From Marsupella aquatica (Eukaryota > Plantae > Marchantiophyta), in assembly GCA_973895155.1 (NCBI GenBank), contig OZ316898.1:250751-314750 (forward strand): a DNA stretch of 64,000 bases, written 5' to 3'. The notes under the pieces were generated by a model, which was given only the letters and a program-made list of their open reading frames with translations, made no database searches and was not told where the DNA came from. Positions 10,668 through 20,433 of the stretch are shown here, piece by piece. Every line of letters starts with the position of its first letter. Position 1 is the stretch's first letter. A program made the position numbers and the translations under genes.

Positions 10668-11144
10668 ATGAGAGATATCAAACGGTGTTGTCATTTATAT
10701 GTATATAAGCCGTTACTTTTGCAGCATCCTGCAATTGTTTCCTTCTTTCTCCTTCGAATTGATATTTATCTGCTCATGTGGGACATCAAAGCTACTATGG
10801 ATTGTTGGAATTCTTTACCCCGTGCTTTCCAACATTCCTTTGAAGGCAAGATCAAACTGGGAGGACATGCTATTCAACACTTTGTTATTAATCCAGGCTC
10901 TCGAATTAATTTCCTCTCCCACAGACTGTGCCAGCAATTTGTTCATCAAGAAGTACAACCGATATCTGCTCAGATATCAATCGATGGACGAATCATTAAT
11001 CTTTGGGGAAGAGTTAAAGGAGTCCCAATACAGATCGGAGAAGAATTCCATGACCTCGATTTTTATATTCTGGATTCGGATATCTCCCAACTCCCGTCAA
11101 TGATTTTGAGCACTACTTGGATTATTAAGCCAGAATATTATTAA
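10668..11144 (+). CDS. ORF4: retropepsin-like domain lacking the catalytic Asp
   Basis: FVINPGSRINFLS parallels VPVDGGASVNLIT; VPIQIG..LDFYIL..MILSTTWI parallels LDYVVI..VLLGRPWL. Confidence 0.65.
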   Translation: MRDIKRCCHLYVYKPLLLQHPAIVSFFLLRIDIYLLMWDIKATMDCWNSLPRAFQHSFEGKIKLGGHAIQHFVINPGSRINFLSHRLCQQFVHQEVQPISAQISIDGRIINLWGRVKGVPIQIGEEFHDLDFYILDSDISQLPSMILSTTWIIKPEYY

Positions 11145-11202
11145 TGAAGAACATGTCACTCGCTTCTGATTCAATTCGGTCATGTCTTGTGGGGACACGG
11201 CG

Positions 11203-11221
11203 AAATTTAAGTGGAGGGCTA
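11203..11221 (+). promoter_or_regulatory. 3' polypurine tract of element A
   Basis: AAATTTAAGTGGAGGGCTA directly before the TG of the 3' LTR. Confidence 0.85.
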
Positions 11222-12611
11222 TGTGGTATGGGTGTCCCTGCAATTTTTTCTGGAAACTTGTTTATTTTTAGCATATCACAAGATTTACTTACACTTTAGA
11301 CACCTTCCGGCCAACATTTACTTGTTCTGGACACTTATAGAAATATTTGACATCTCCGGCTTTCCTGACGATTCCTAGTGTACTTTGCCCGACGCTGTGA
11401 CCAGCGCCCGTTTCTTTTACTCAAGACGCTGCGGAAGCGTCCAACCTCCTCATGACGCTTTTGGCAGTGCCCGACCGCCACCAAGACTCTATGAGGATTT
11501 CGACCGACGCTGTGGAAAGCGTCAGCTTCAACACACGACGCTGTGAGCAGCGTCCACCCTAGTATTGACGCTGTGAGCAGTGTGAGCAGCGTCCGTTGGT
11601 TTTACTTAAGACGCTTCTAGCAGCGTCCAGATTCTCCCGACGCTTCTAGCAGCGTCCGCTCAACACTTAGTTTTTGAAGTAGATTACTAGTAAAGTAGTA
11701 TTCTACCACCCTTGTTGAAGTACTTATGCTGTGCTTCTCCCTTGTTTAGTTTTAAGCTTGGAAAGGCACGACTGTTCTTACCTCCTCCATTTTAGGATTC
11801 CAGCACTTATAAGACAGAGTAGAATGCTCATTTGAAGTAGAGAGAAATAGAGTTAATACTGTATTCAGAATTGAGTCTTCTGAATAGTTTTCTCCTCCTT
11901 CCATTGTAACAAGGCATGCTGTGAGTGTTTTGTATGGAAGTAAAGCTATATTGATTGAAGTTAAGATTGAATTCAAGAGATTCCTGTGGTGATTGAATTC
12001 AGTTGCAGATTTCTGAAACTCGTATTGAATTCACTGCTAGGCTTGCTTGCAGAGTCGGGATTCGCTAGCCAATTCAAGAATAGTTAATGATAAATGAGAA
12101 GTAAATTCTGATTCTCAGAGTAGTTAGTACTGTTGCTTTGATTCTGGAATATGGTTTAGAGTTTGACTGAATTGCGTATCGCTGATGTCAAACCATGTTG
12201 ACGGCATTTTAAATCATATCATTCATTTGCAATCAGAAAGCTTCTGCTTCATCAGATTGAGAATTCCATTATCATTAACCTTTGTGTTTTGAAGAGTGAG
12301 ATGGATGAATTATGAGATAGATTTCATGTCTATACTGAGCCCAAATCCTTTCTGAAGGAGTGGCAGTAGCAGTTTGTAGTCTCTAAATCCTTACTCATTT
12401 CTTCTCTAATTCATAAATCAGAAGTTCAGTTACTTTGTTGTTTGTTTATTCGATTTTTTTATTGAGAAGTGAAGTCAACATAGAGCTCAAGACTCTAAAT
12501 CACTCGGAGTGATAAAAGTTATACAATTCATTCTGAAATCTGTTCTTAAAGGGATCGAAACCCTGGTTTTAGGTGAGGAGAGTCACTTTTGATACTTAGC
12601 ACTATACGACA
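11222..12611 (+). repeat. 3' LTR of element A (1390 bp)
   Basis: TGTGGTAT...ATACGACA imperfect terminal inverted repeat; follows the PPT; 3' part matches 1-453. Confidence 0.93.
11390..11660. repeat. Array of about 9 palindromic GACGCT-N6-AGCGTC units (about 29-bp spacing) in the element A LTR
   Basis: e.g. GACGCTGTGAGCAGCGTCC and GACGCTTCTAGCAGCGTCC. Confidence 0.85.
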
Positions 12612-13894
12612 CATACTGCTAGCTTACCTTTGTCAATCTCAATGCCCTTTCTTGATACCTTGTGACCTAGTAGCACCCCCTCGGTTACTGCAAAAAAACA
12701 TTTATCTGGGTGTAACTTGAGACCCACCTCTCTACATCTCATGAAGGTTTTCCTGAGGTATTTAGCATGTTTCGATGCCTTCCCGAATACTGCAAAGTCA
12801 TCAATGAAGATTTCCATGAACTTTCTCAAGTAATCATGAAAAATGTTCACCATTAATCGTTGGAACATAGCTGGTGCGTTGCAGAGTCCAAACGGCATAC
12901 GATTGAAGACATAGATCCCCCATTCCGTGATGAAGGCCGTCTTGATTTGGTCTTCCTGCCGAATCCTGATTTGGTTATAACCAGAGTATCCATCCATGAA
13001 TGAATATAGTTCATGACTGGCTACCATGTCTAGTACCATATCAGTAAACGGTAAAGGAAAATGGTCTTTTAATGTTGCTTCATTCAGCTTCCTGTAATCC
13101 TGACAAACCCGGATCTTGGGTTTACCATCGGGTCCAGCTTTCTTGGGAACTATCACAATTGGAGACACCCAGTCTGAATGCAGGACTGGAGTGATGAATC
13201 CAGCTTCCACTAGTTTGTCGATTTCTATTTTGACCAGCAGGGAATACTTCGGGTTCATCCTTCGAATTGGTTGTCGAAATGATTTGGCTCCTAACATGAG
13301 ATCAATTCGATGTTCCCCTAGTGTTGGATCTACTCCCTTTAGATCTTGGTGACTCCATGCAAACACATCCTGAAATTCAATCAATAAGTCACTGATCTCT
13401 TTCTCGAGCTCAGGTGCTAGGTTTCTCCCTAAGTTCAGTTCTCTTCCCTCTCCTAAGTCGAGCTTCCGATATTGCCGTGCTTGGATCATATTAATCTGCT
13501 TCTTCAAATTCGGGTCCAGTTCGGCTTCCAGTCTCTCTAATCTCATACCTCCATAAACTGGGATTTCGGCTGGACTAGCCGAGTCGGTCCCTTCCTTGGT
13601 GTCCATAGATTGTCCCCTTACCGGTCTATTCGGTTTTGAATTAGTGGTCGGCTCCCCTTCCTGCCTTGGCTCTGGATCGTGTCTGTCCATCTCATCCACC
13701 TCTTGCTCCTGAGAGTTAGGCCGCTGTGCTCTCTCGGCTTCTAATAGGGCCTCAATTTGTTCTGCCCTCGTAATCGGCTTGTATGCCGATCCCTTGGTAT
13801 TTAATTCCTTGCCGATGATCGATGGCGTTGTGGACCCCGTCGGCTCTGCCACAATGCCTGCAGAAAATCCACTGTCCCTGCTACTGCTCCCCAC
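12612..13894 (-). pseudogene. pol: Pol of element B (linker and RT), truncated by the element A insertion
   Basis: WVSPIVIVPKK, CQDYRKLN, MDGYSGYNQ, FIDDF. Confidence 0.93.
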
Positions 13895-16794
13895 TTAGCC
13901 GTTTCATCCAATTGGTCTACATCCTTTACTTCCTCCGGAATTGCAGCTAAAAAGGTGGATTCTATTGTAAAGCAGTCCTCGACCTCTTCGTCTTCTTCTT
14001 CCAAGTCACCTTCCATTGGTTCTTGCCATAATCCGCTGGGGGGTACCTCTGGTCCAAAGACACCTTCTTCGGTTAGGTTAGTGAGGCATTCTAACCAACG
14101 TACTTCATCGGCTGACTCCAGTCCACTATCGTACCCATCTACTTCCCTTATGCTTTTCCTACGGTCATCCTTAGTGTCCCAGGATACCGTGATAGAGGGG
14201 GTCCCGAAAGTGAACTGCTTTTTACCCCAATCTTCTATTACCTCGGCTAGGTACAGCCATGGCCTACCAATCAATAGCCGGAATGACGTAGGATTTACCG
14301 GCTTCATTACCACATAGTTAATGCTAAAGAAGATACCTCCTATCTCTGTCTTGATGCCGGTTAACACTCCCGTCGGAATGACCTGATATCCATTGGCCAT
14401 GTTCAACACTCTTCCAGTCATCTCCGGTGTTAGACCCCACCCTTTTGCTGTTGAGTCAATCATAATACATACCCCTGATCCTCCATCGATGGGTACCCGT
14501 AGTAATAATTCTCCTTGAATCATTAATGGTAATGCTGGAGCTCCTTGATCTTCTTCTATCATTAGTACGTCGGATCTGGTTGCTACCTTGAGTAATCTCG
14601 GCTTGCCAAGAATAGCCTTCCTTAATTGCTTCCGGAAGTACGGGCTATTTTTCAATAGTTGACCTACTGTTGCCGAGACTCTAGATTCTAGTACATCTTT
14701 AGCCAGGTCATAGGGAACAATCGGCTTCTCTTCTGGTGGTGTTTCCGTCTTGGATTCGGCCAGTTTTGCCACGCTAGTCTCCACAGCTGTTGGGTCTTCC
14801 GAAGCAAACAATGCTTTTGCTCGTTTTACATCCTTGGCAATGGCTTCGGTATTCTCCAGGGTTTCTAATTCTCTTAGTTGTTCCTTAACACTAGCCGTAA
14901 CAGAGGGGTAGAACAACTTAGGATGATCTCGATTGAAGTCGCTATCTTGTGAAGGATTGGTTTCACTGGTGGGCTCATGGCTTACCTGTATTGCCGGAGC
15001 CCTCCCTTCTCCTTCTGTTGATGTTGACGAAGAGTCGATCCTTTCCTCCGTAACCTTCCCTTTATTTTTGGCCAGCCCATCCCACCTTTCCTTCCTTCTG
15101 GTAGATCGAGTAGAGACCCGGTAGCAATCATGATCTAGATCCTCCTCTGAGAAGGTTGATAGGGCTTCGGCCTCATCATCAGATGGTACGAACTCTGCCT
15201 CGGCATCCTCTTGCCATCCTAGTTCGATGTGGTTGATTTGAACTCCTCCGGGGGTAGTACCTGGCGGTAAGATCTTGATCGGCAAAAGCTTATGATTTGC
15301 GGCCAGGCCTGCCAACCAAGTAGGACATTGCCCTAGCATATGACCTTCCTGTCGGCATCCCATACACAGCTGAGCTGGTTGTCCATCACCCTGTTTGCGT
15401 GCATTCGGGCATTCTCTAGCAAAATGGCCAGGTTGACCACAATTATAGCACGCCGCAAATCTTTGCACATTCGGCCTAGGAGGTACTGACGGGTTCTGAA
15501 TAATCCGAGGATACATCTCTCCTGGATTGTTCCTTAACCCTGACCACAGAGATGCAGGTCTGTTGGATAGGTCTCGTGCTCCAGTCTCACTGATGCCGAA
15601 AACACTATCAGCGGCATCTCCTAAAAAGTACTCTACTTCTCCCTGACATGGTCTGATCTCGGCCACATGCCGAACATGATTAGTATTAAGCTTAGGACAC
15701 GCATCTTTATGGTGTCCGGTTTTATAACATAAGGCACACCATACAGAGCTATCCTCCTGTACTACCTTCTTCTTTGGTTTTACCTCTGCAATGATAGCCT
15801 TAAGTTGCTCGGTAAGGGCTACGATGTTATCTGGTGGCTTAGCCTCCATCTTGACTTTCGTCTTCCCTCTCCTTCTGCCCTTCCTTTTCCTAGTTTTTTC
15901 TTCTTCAGAACTAGAAGATGACTCACTCTTGCTACTCCCACTATCCGAGCTTGACTTATCACTTCTAGACTTCTTGGGATGTTTCTTCTTCTTATCTTTT
16001 TTCTTATGGGGTGATCCCTCCTCTGATGAGGAACTCTCAGACTTAAGCTGTTTCTTCCGGCTTGTGATATCTGCATTAATGTATAATTGAATATCCTTAA
16101 TTGCTTCGGCTAAAGTCTCCGGGTTCTCCTTCCTAATTGCAAAACTCATCTTCTGTGGCAAAGCATTCACCAACCATTGAAGTTGCATACCTTCAGATGC
16201 ATTGGTCTTTGTACGTCTTACCAGTTTCTGAAAGCGTTGCAAGAACTTCCTGAAGGATTTGTTCTCCTTGAACCGAAGTTGTCCCAACTTCAGCACTGCT
16301 AGTTCTGAAGTTCCAATGGGTCGAAACTCCTTAACAAAGAGTGTTTTGAAGATATCCCAGATGGCTTGATCTTCCACATCTAATGCTCTGTACCAAGGCC
16401 TAGCCTCACCCTTGAACAGGCCGGGAAGAATCTGCATCTTGATGGCCGATTCTCCATTTGCTGCAGCGGTTCCCTCGAAATCATCCAACCATTCGTCCGG
16501 ATCCTCATCTCCTCTCCCATGAAATGCCTTGTAATGTATGCGCGACCGCTGGCTCAATCTGGTCCCTGGCCTCTCGTCTGGCCGTGCCTCTGGTTCCCCC
16601 ATGTCGGTTGGAGACTCACTTCTCCTTACCGACTCTTCTTCTGGTATGTCTTCTTCGACGCCACTTCCAGTTTCGGAGCTACCAGCTCTTTCTGCCCCTC
16701 TCAGTCGCTGTGTATCATGCCACCCGGCGAGCTGCTGCAGTCGAGCTCTCTCCCGTTGAATCACTCTTTCTTCCCTCGGCGTAAGGTCAGTCAT
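13801..16794 (-). CDS. gag: Gag-protease of element B
   Basis: 997 aa; FHGRGDEDPDEWL; three CCHC knuckles; IDGGSGV and LIGRPWL. Confidence 0.93.
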   Translation of the reverse strand: MTDLTPREERVIQRERARLQQLAGWHDTQRLRGAERAGSSETGSGVEEDIPEEESVRRSESPTDMGEPEARPDERPGTRLSQRSRIHYKAFHGRGDEDPDEWLDDFEGTAAANGESAIKMQILPGLFKGEARPWYRALDVEDQAIWDIFKTLFVKEFRPIGTSELAVLKLGQLRFKENKSFRKFLQRFQKLVRRTKTNASEGMQLQWLVNALPQKMSFAIRKENPETLAEAIKDIQLYINADITSRKKQLKSESSSSEEGSPHKKKDKKKKHPKKSRSDKSSSDSGSSKSESSSSSEEEKTRKRKGRRRGKTKVKMEAKPPDNIVALTEQLKAIIAEVKPKKKVVQEDSSVWCALCYKTGHHKDACPKLNTNHVRHVAEIRPCQGEVEYFLGDAADSVFGISETGARDLSNRPASLWSGLRNNPGEMYPRIIQNPSVPPRPNVQRFAACYNCGQPGHFARECPNARKQGDGQPAQLCMGCRQEGHMLGQCPTWLAGLAANHKLLPIKILPPGTTPGGVQINHIELGWQEDAEAEFVPSDDEAEALSTFSEEDLDHDCYRVSTRSTRRKERWDGLAKNKGKVTEERIDSSSTSTEGEGRAPAIQVSHEPTSETNPSQDSDFNRDHPKLFYPSVTASVKEQLRELETLENTEAIAKDVKRAKALFASEDPTAVETSVAKLAESKTETPPEEKPIVPYDLAKDVLESRVSATVGQLLKNSPYFRKQLRKAILGKPRLLKVATRSDVLMIEEDQGAPALPLMIQGELLLRVPIDGGSGVCIMIDSTAKGWGLTPEMTGRVLNMANGYQVIPTGVLTGIKTEIGGIFFSINYVVMKPVNPTSFRLLIGRPWLYLAEVIEDWGKKQFTFGTPSITVSWDTKDDRRKSIREVDGYDSGLESADEVRWLECLTNLTEEGVFGPEVPPSGLWQEPMEGDLEEEDEEVEDCFTIESTFLAAIPEEVKDVDQLDETAKWGAVAGTVDFLQALWQSRRGPQRHRSSARN
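13811..13870 (-). promoter_or_regulatory. Putative -1 ribosomal frameshift signal (G GAU UUU, 5-nt spacer, H-type pseudoknot)
   Basis: Heptamer is in the gag frame within the 94-nt gag/pol overlap; pol is the -1 frame; stem GGCATTGTGG/CCACAACGCC; loop GCCGA can pair with downstream TCGGC. Confidence 0.75.
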
Positions 16795-16841
16795 TACCTA
16801 CGCTTCCGTTCTAACTTCATATCTCACGGCTTAAGAAATGC

Positions 16842-16859
16842 CCCCTCCATCTAGCGCCA
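16842..16859 (-). promoter_or_regulatory. PBS of element B, tRNA-Asn type
   Basis: TGGCGCTAGATGGAGGGG, 4 nt from the LTR end; near-complement of the plant tRNA-Asn 3' end as recalled. Confidence 0.8.
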
Positions 16860-16863
16860 AAAA

Positions 16864-19828
16864 TGTGGTGCGTCCCATGGCTCCCTAAACCCAAGAAACC
16901 CCCCAGCTCAAGCCGATTCCCGCAGGTTTCGTGCTTGGCGAGGCCGTTTCCGCGGCTTAGCGGCATGGGACGCTGCTAACCTTCTACTACTACTATTAAC
17001 ATTTTACACACATATACTGGACAGATCCTTCATCGGGTCATGAGATACGTAGCCGGCCTAATATAGGCCTTCCCCTGTCTTCCCCTGTCTTCTTGTTAGG
17101 TATGTTTGGATTCCACCGCCGGAATGATCCCCAATAGGCTTGGTTAAGCCGCTAAGACCTCTCTCAGCTCGACACATCCAACTCTCACTCCCCTGCTTAC
17201 TTTCCTTCCTTCTGTTGATGTGGGCACTCTTCACACAAGTTAATGCGACACACAAATAGCAAAATGACTCATTCTGACTGAGTCATACCATGCACTTGCC
17301 ATACAAACAGTACATCTCATACACAAGTTCTACGAACTAAGCCGTGAGGCCAACTCTATTCAGCTCTTAGGCATGAGGAAACATGAATATACACAAGGGT
17401 CACTGTATGACTAACCGAGAGCTTCTCGTACTACTTGATCCCAGCCCGGCTGGTGCAAACTAAAAACTTGCTAAAGAAGAGGCCCTGAGCTCCCCGCTGC
17501 CCAGGTACTTATCCTGGTAGTGGATCCGCCATTCTTTGCATCGTAAGCCTAATCTACTTAACAGTAATCTACTTACCCGAATCTACCTATGTACAGCAAG
17601 GCAGGAGCACAAGTGTTGCTCCTACCAGTGGAACCGCAATCCCACTAAGCTAAGTGTCAGGGCCGCTCCTGGTTCTGATCCTAATCCTAAACGTGGAGAT
17701 CCGCGCCCGCCCTGCCCACTCACGCCTCCTCCCTCCACGTCCGCCCTCCCTAAAAAGAACGGCGCCCTTGCACCGTCACGACACCGGTGGTGGATCCTTA
17801 ATGGATGCCCCCAACGCTTCCTCCTCAGCCACTGCCGTAGGTTCATTCTCTGACAGATTACCTGCCCTTGACTGAGTCAACTCTCCATCGGCCTGACTGG
17901 GTCCACCTTCGGCTTCAGTCTCGACACCGGCCTCGGCAATACCCACGGCTTCGGCCTCAGTCACTCCCTCGGCTTCGGCTTCAGCCACTCCCTCGGCTTC
18001 GGCCTCCCCTTCCCCTAGGGTAGTTGGATCCTTAGCCGTGACCCTGTCTGGGGTCGGTGCTGGGTCTACCTCCTTGATCACCACGGCCTGTGAAGTCGTA
18101 TTACTCCTTGACCCTGAAGGTTTCCGCTTCTTCTTCGTTGGTGGCTCGGCAGCTGGTCCCTTCCCCTTCCCACTTACTTCCGGCACTGGTGCAGGTGGCG
18201 CGGCTTGTCCTTCGGCAATTACCACCCCTGGTAACTGGTTTGTCCCAACGGGAGATGGACCTACTGCAGCTAAGCATTTAAATACTGTGGCTTGTTTCTT
18301 CAGCCGCTCTGTTTGGTTGTCGGCCCGCCGCTGTAGGTTCTCCATCTTCCTCGTGATTTCCTCCAACTCCTCTTGGGTTTCATCCAGGTCCTTTAAGATC
18401 TTCTTCAATTGGTTGAGGAGGTACCCATTGTAGTCCTGGCTTGGGTCTGGCCTCTCTGCCAGATAGACCTGTGCCTTGCCGATCTCTGCCCTCGACAAGT
18501 TACAATGCATGGTCACCCGCAAGAAGTCGATCATCTCTCCTATGTGCGGGTTGGTGCAGGTGTTCCGGAAGAAGCCATTCTTCGTTGATGGCCCGGGGAA
18601 CGACTGGAACTCCTTGTCAGGCAAGGTCTTCCTGGTATCAACTTTGGTCTTATTGCCTATCGGCAAGCCAAACACTTCGGCAATTACCTTGGGAGTAAGA
18701 TAGAAATCCTTCCCATATATCCTCGTGCAATTGGTCTCGGGTTCCCATGACCCCACGAATTCTAATAGGTCTGACTCCGGTACCTCCGGCTTCAGCCATG
18801 GTAATCTTACAAAGGCCTCCAAGCCGGATCCGGCCATGAAGCCTTGGTACTTCTTGGTCTGCATGGCCGTAAAGCATGCATCCTCCTCCCGTGCAAAATG
18901 TAGTTGCACCTCCACCGGTAGGGTTGCCGCCCAGCCCTTCCAGGTGTCATCCCTGGTTGGAATGGCCTTGATGGGATCGACCTCCTCCTCTTTGGCTTCT
19001 CCCTGCCTCCTGCTCTACTGCTCGGCTGGCTTCTTTGGTGCCGCCGACCTCGTTCTTTTTGCCGGGGTGGCTTCATCGTTGACAGCCCCCTTCCTCTTCA
19101 TCTCTGCTGCCGTGGAGGTTTCTCCTAGCACCGTTGCCTGGGTCCACCTTTCCGTGCTACCCTTTAATTCCCAGTGTATGTCGTTGCAGTTCTTGATGGC
19201 CTCTCGGATGCCGACGACGCTGTCTTTGCAAAACAGAAGATCGTCGAGTTGATTGGAAGTAGGCGTCCACAGGAACTCGTCCTTGATGAGTTCGCCTCCT
19301 AAGAAAGCCGTCTTCTGCAGCTCCCACAATCGAGCGAGCTCCTACCGTTCTCGAGCTGCCCTTTCTGACTCCTCGTCCTCGTAAGTCTTGATGTACTCAG
19401 TTGCCCGTTCGAACAGGCATCCCCAGAAATGTGCCGCTTGATTGACGTTGCTCATACCCTCCTTAGGTCGATCGTCGGTATCTATTCTCTCCCCGAGTGC
19501 TTGCCTAAGCAGCTGACAGTAGTTGGCCTCCCGTAGTCGTCTGCCTAGTTCGTGCTCGCAAATGAGCCACCATCTCCTGCAAGCGCTCCTTACCCCTCTC
19601 CTCTGCCGGTCCTTCTTCCCGTTGATCCTTCCTAGCCGCCGATGCTTAACGCGCCCTAACCCTAATCGGGTTTTCACCCTTAGCCTTACCTCCGGCCTCT
19701 GCTCGGGTTCCATGGTTGCCCCTAATTGTTTATATTTTCCTTGTTTTGTCACTATACTAAGGTGTTCCTAGGGTGCCTTCCTGCTTTACCCACTTAACCG
19801 GCCGAGTGATTCCTGTCTAGGCATCACA
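16864..19828 (-). repeat. 5' LTR of element B (2965 bp, internally deleted copy of a ~4.6-kb coding LTR)
   Basis: Termini TGTGATGC...GCACCACA are the same as solo LTR 56887-61312; adjacent to the PBS. Confidence 0.92.
17776..19713 (-). pseudogene. LTR-encoded accessory ORF (B copy) with point stops and an in-frame internal deletion
   Basis: ORF pieces 19342-19752, 19015-19329 and 17776-18915 share one frame and match 57002-60396. Confidence 0.85.
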
Positions 19829-20433
19829 CTCGGGTTAGGCCGCTACCCGCTATCCGCTATCCGCTAACCTAGCCTAAGCTGAGCCCGAACCCGAGCTTAC
19901 CTATGCTAACCTAAGCCCGAGTTTAGGCTAACCCGAGTTAAGTCTAACCCGGGATCAATCTAATCCGAACCCGGGTTAAGCCTAAGCTGAAGCTGTGCTT
20001 ACTTGAGCTAAGCTGAAGCCGTGCTTACCTGAGATAAGCTGAAGCCGTGCTTACCTAAGCTAAGCCGTGGCCGAGCTTGGGTTAACCCGAAACTGAAGCC
20101 GAACCCGCCAATTCCGGCCACAAGTTAACCCGTCACACTAATCAGGCCGTATCTTCCTTAATACACCTCCGTTTCCCGAGTGTTTTATATCGATTTTACT
20201 CGCCTTGCCCAGATCTTTCCAATGCTCTTTACAGATCCAGATTTGGTGACATATTGAAAGAGATATGGTCGCCAACCGCCCGCGACATAGCTTTTATTTC
20301 CCTACTCTTAACGCCATGATTGCCCTTATTCTTGCTATCTTGCTAATTGTTATGCGGTATCAATAGCTACTCCTTGCATACAGCAACCTAGTTACTCAGA
20401 TTATAGAATAAGGACCATGTCATCGGCGTCACA
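19829..20433 (-). mobile_element. Probable 5' end of another LTR (element G) that hosts element B
   Basis: Begins TGTGACGCCG on the minus strand, the same terminus as the LTR at 41973; no second end visible. Confidence 0.5.
19982..20066. repeat. 26-bp tandem repeat (CTAAGCTGAAGCCGTGCTTACCTGAG), about 3 copies, with degenerate flanking units
   Basis: Read directly from the sequence. Confidence 0.85.

Larger units (their letters stand above)
1..12611 (+). mobile_element. Element A: young Athila-like Ty3/gypsy LTR retrotransposon (5' LTR cut by window start)
   Basis: 1-453 repeats at 12159-12611 (one mismatch noticed, 208 vs 12366); PBS follows the 5' LTR; gag-PR-RT-RH-INT order; no chromodomain; two PPTs; extra 3' ORFs. 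Confidence 0.95.
12612..19828 (-). mobile_element. Element B: Ty3/gypsy element (5' LTR, PBS, gag-PR, partial RT), interrupted within RT by element A
   Basis: LTR 16864-19828, PBS 16842-16859; RT frame stops exactly at the element A LTR end. Confidence 0.92.

Noticed and set aside
11390-11660. CRISPR-like array of palindromic repeats
   Set aside because: Units are degenerate, spacers are only about 10 nt, no cas genes are present, and the array lies in a eukaryotic LTR
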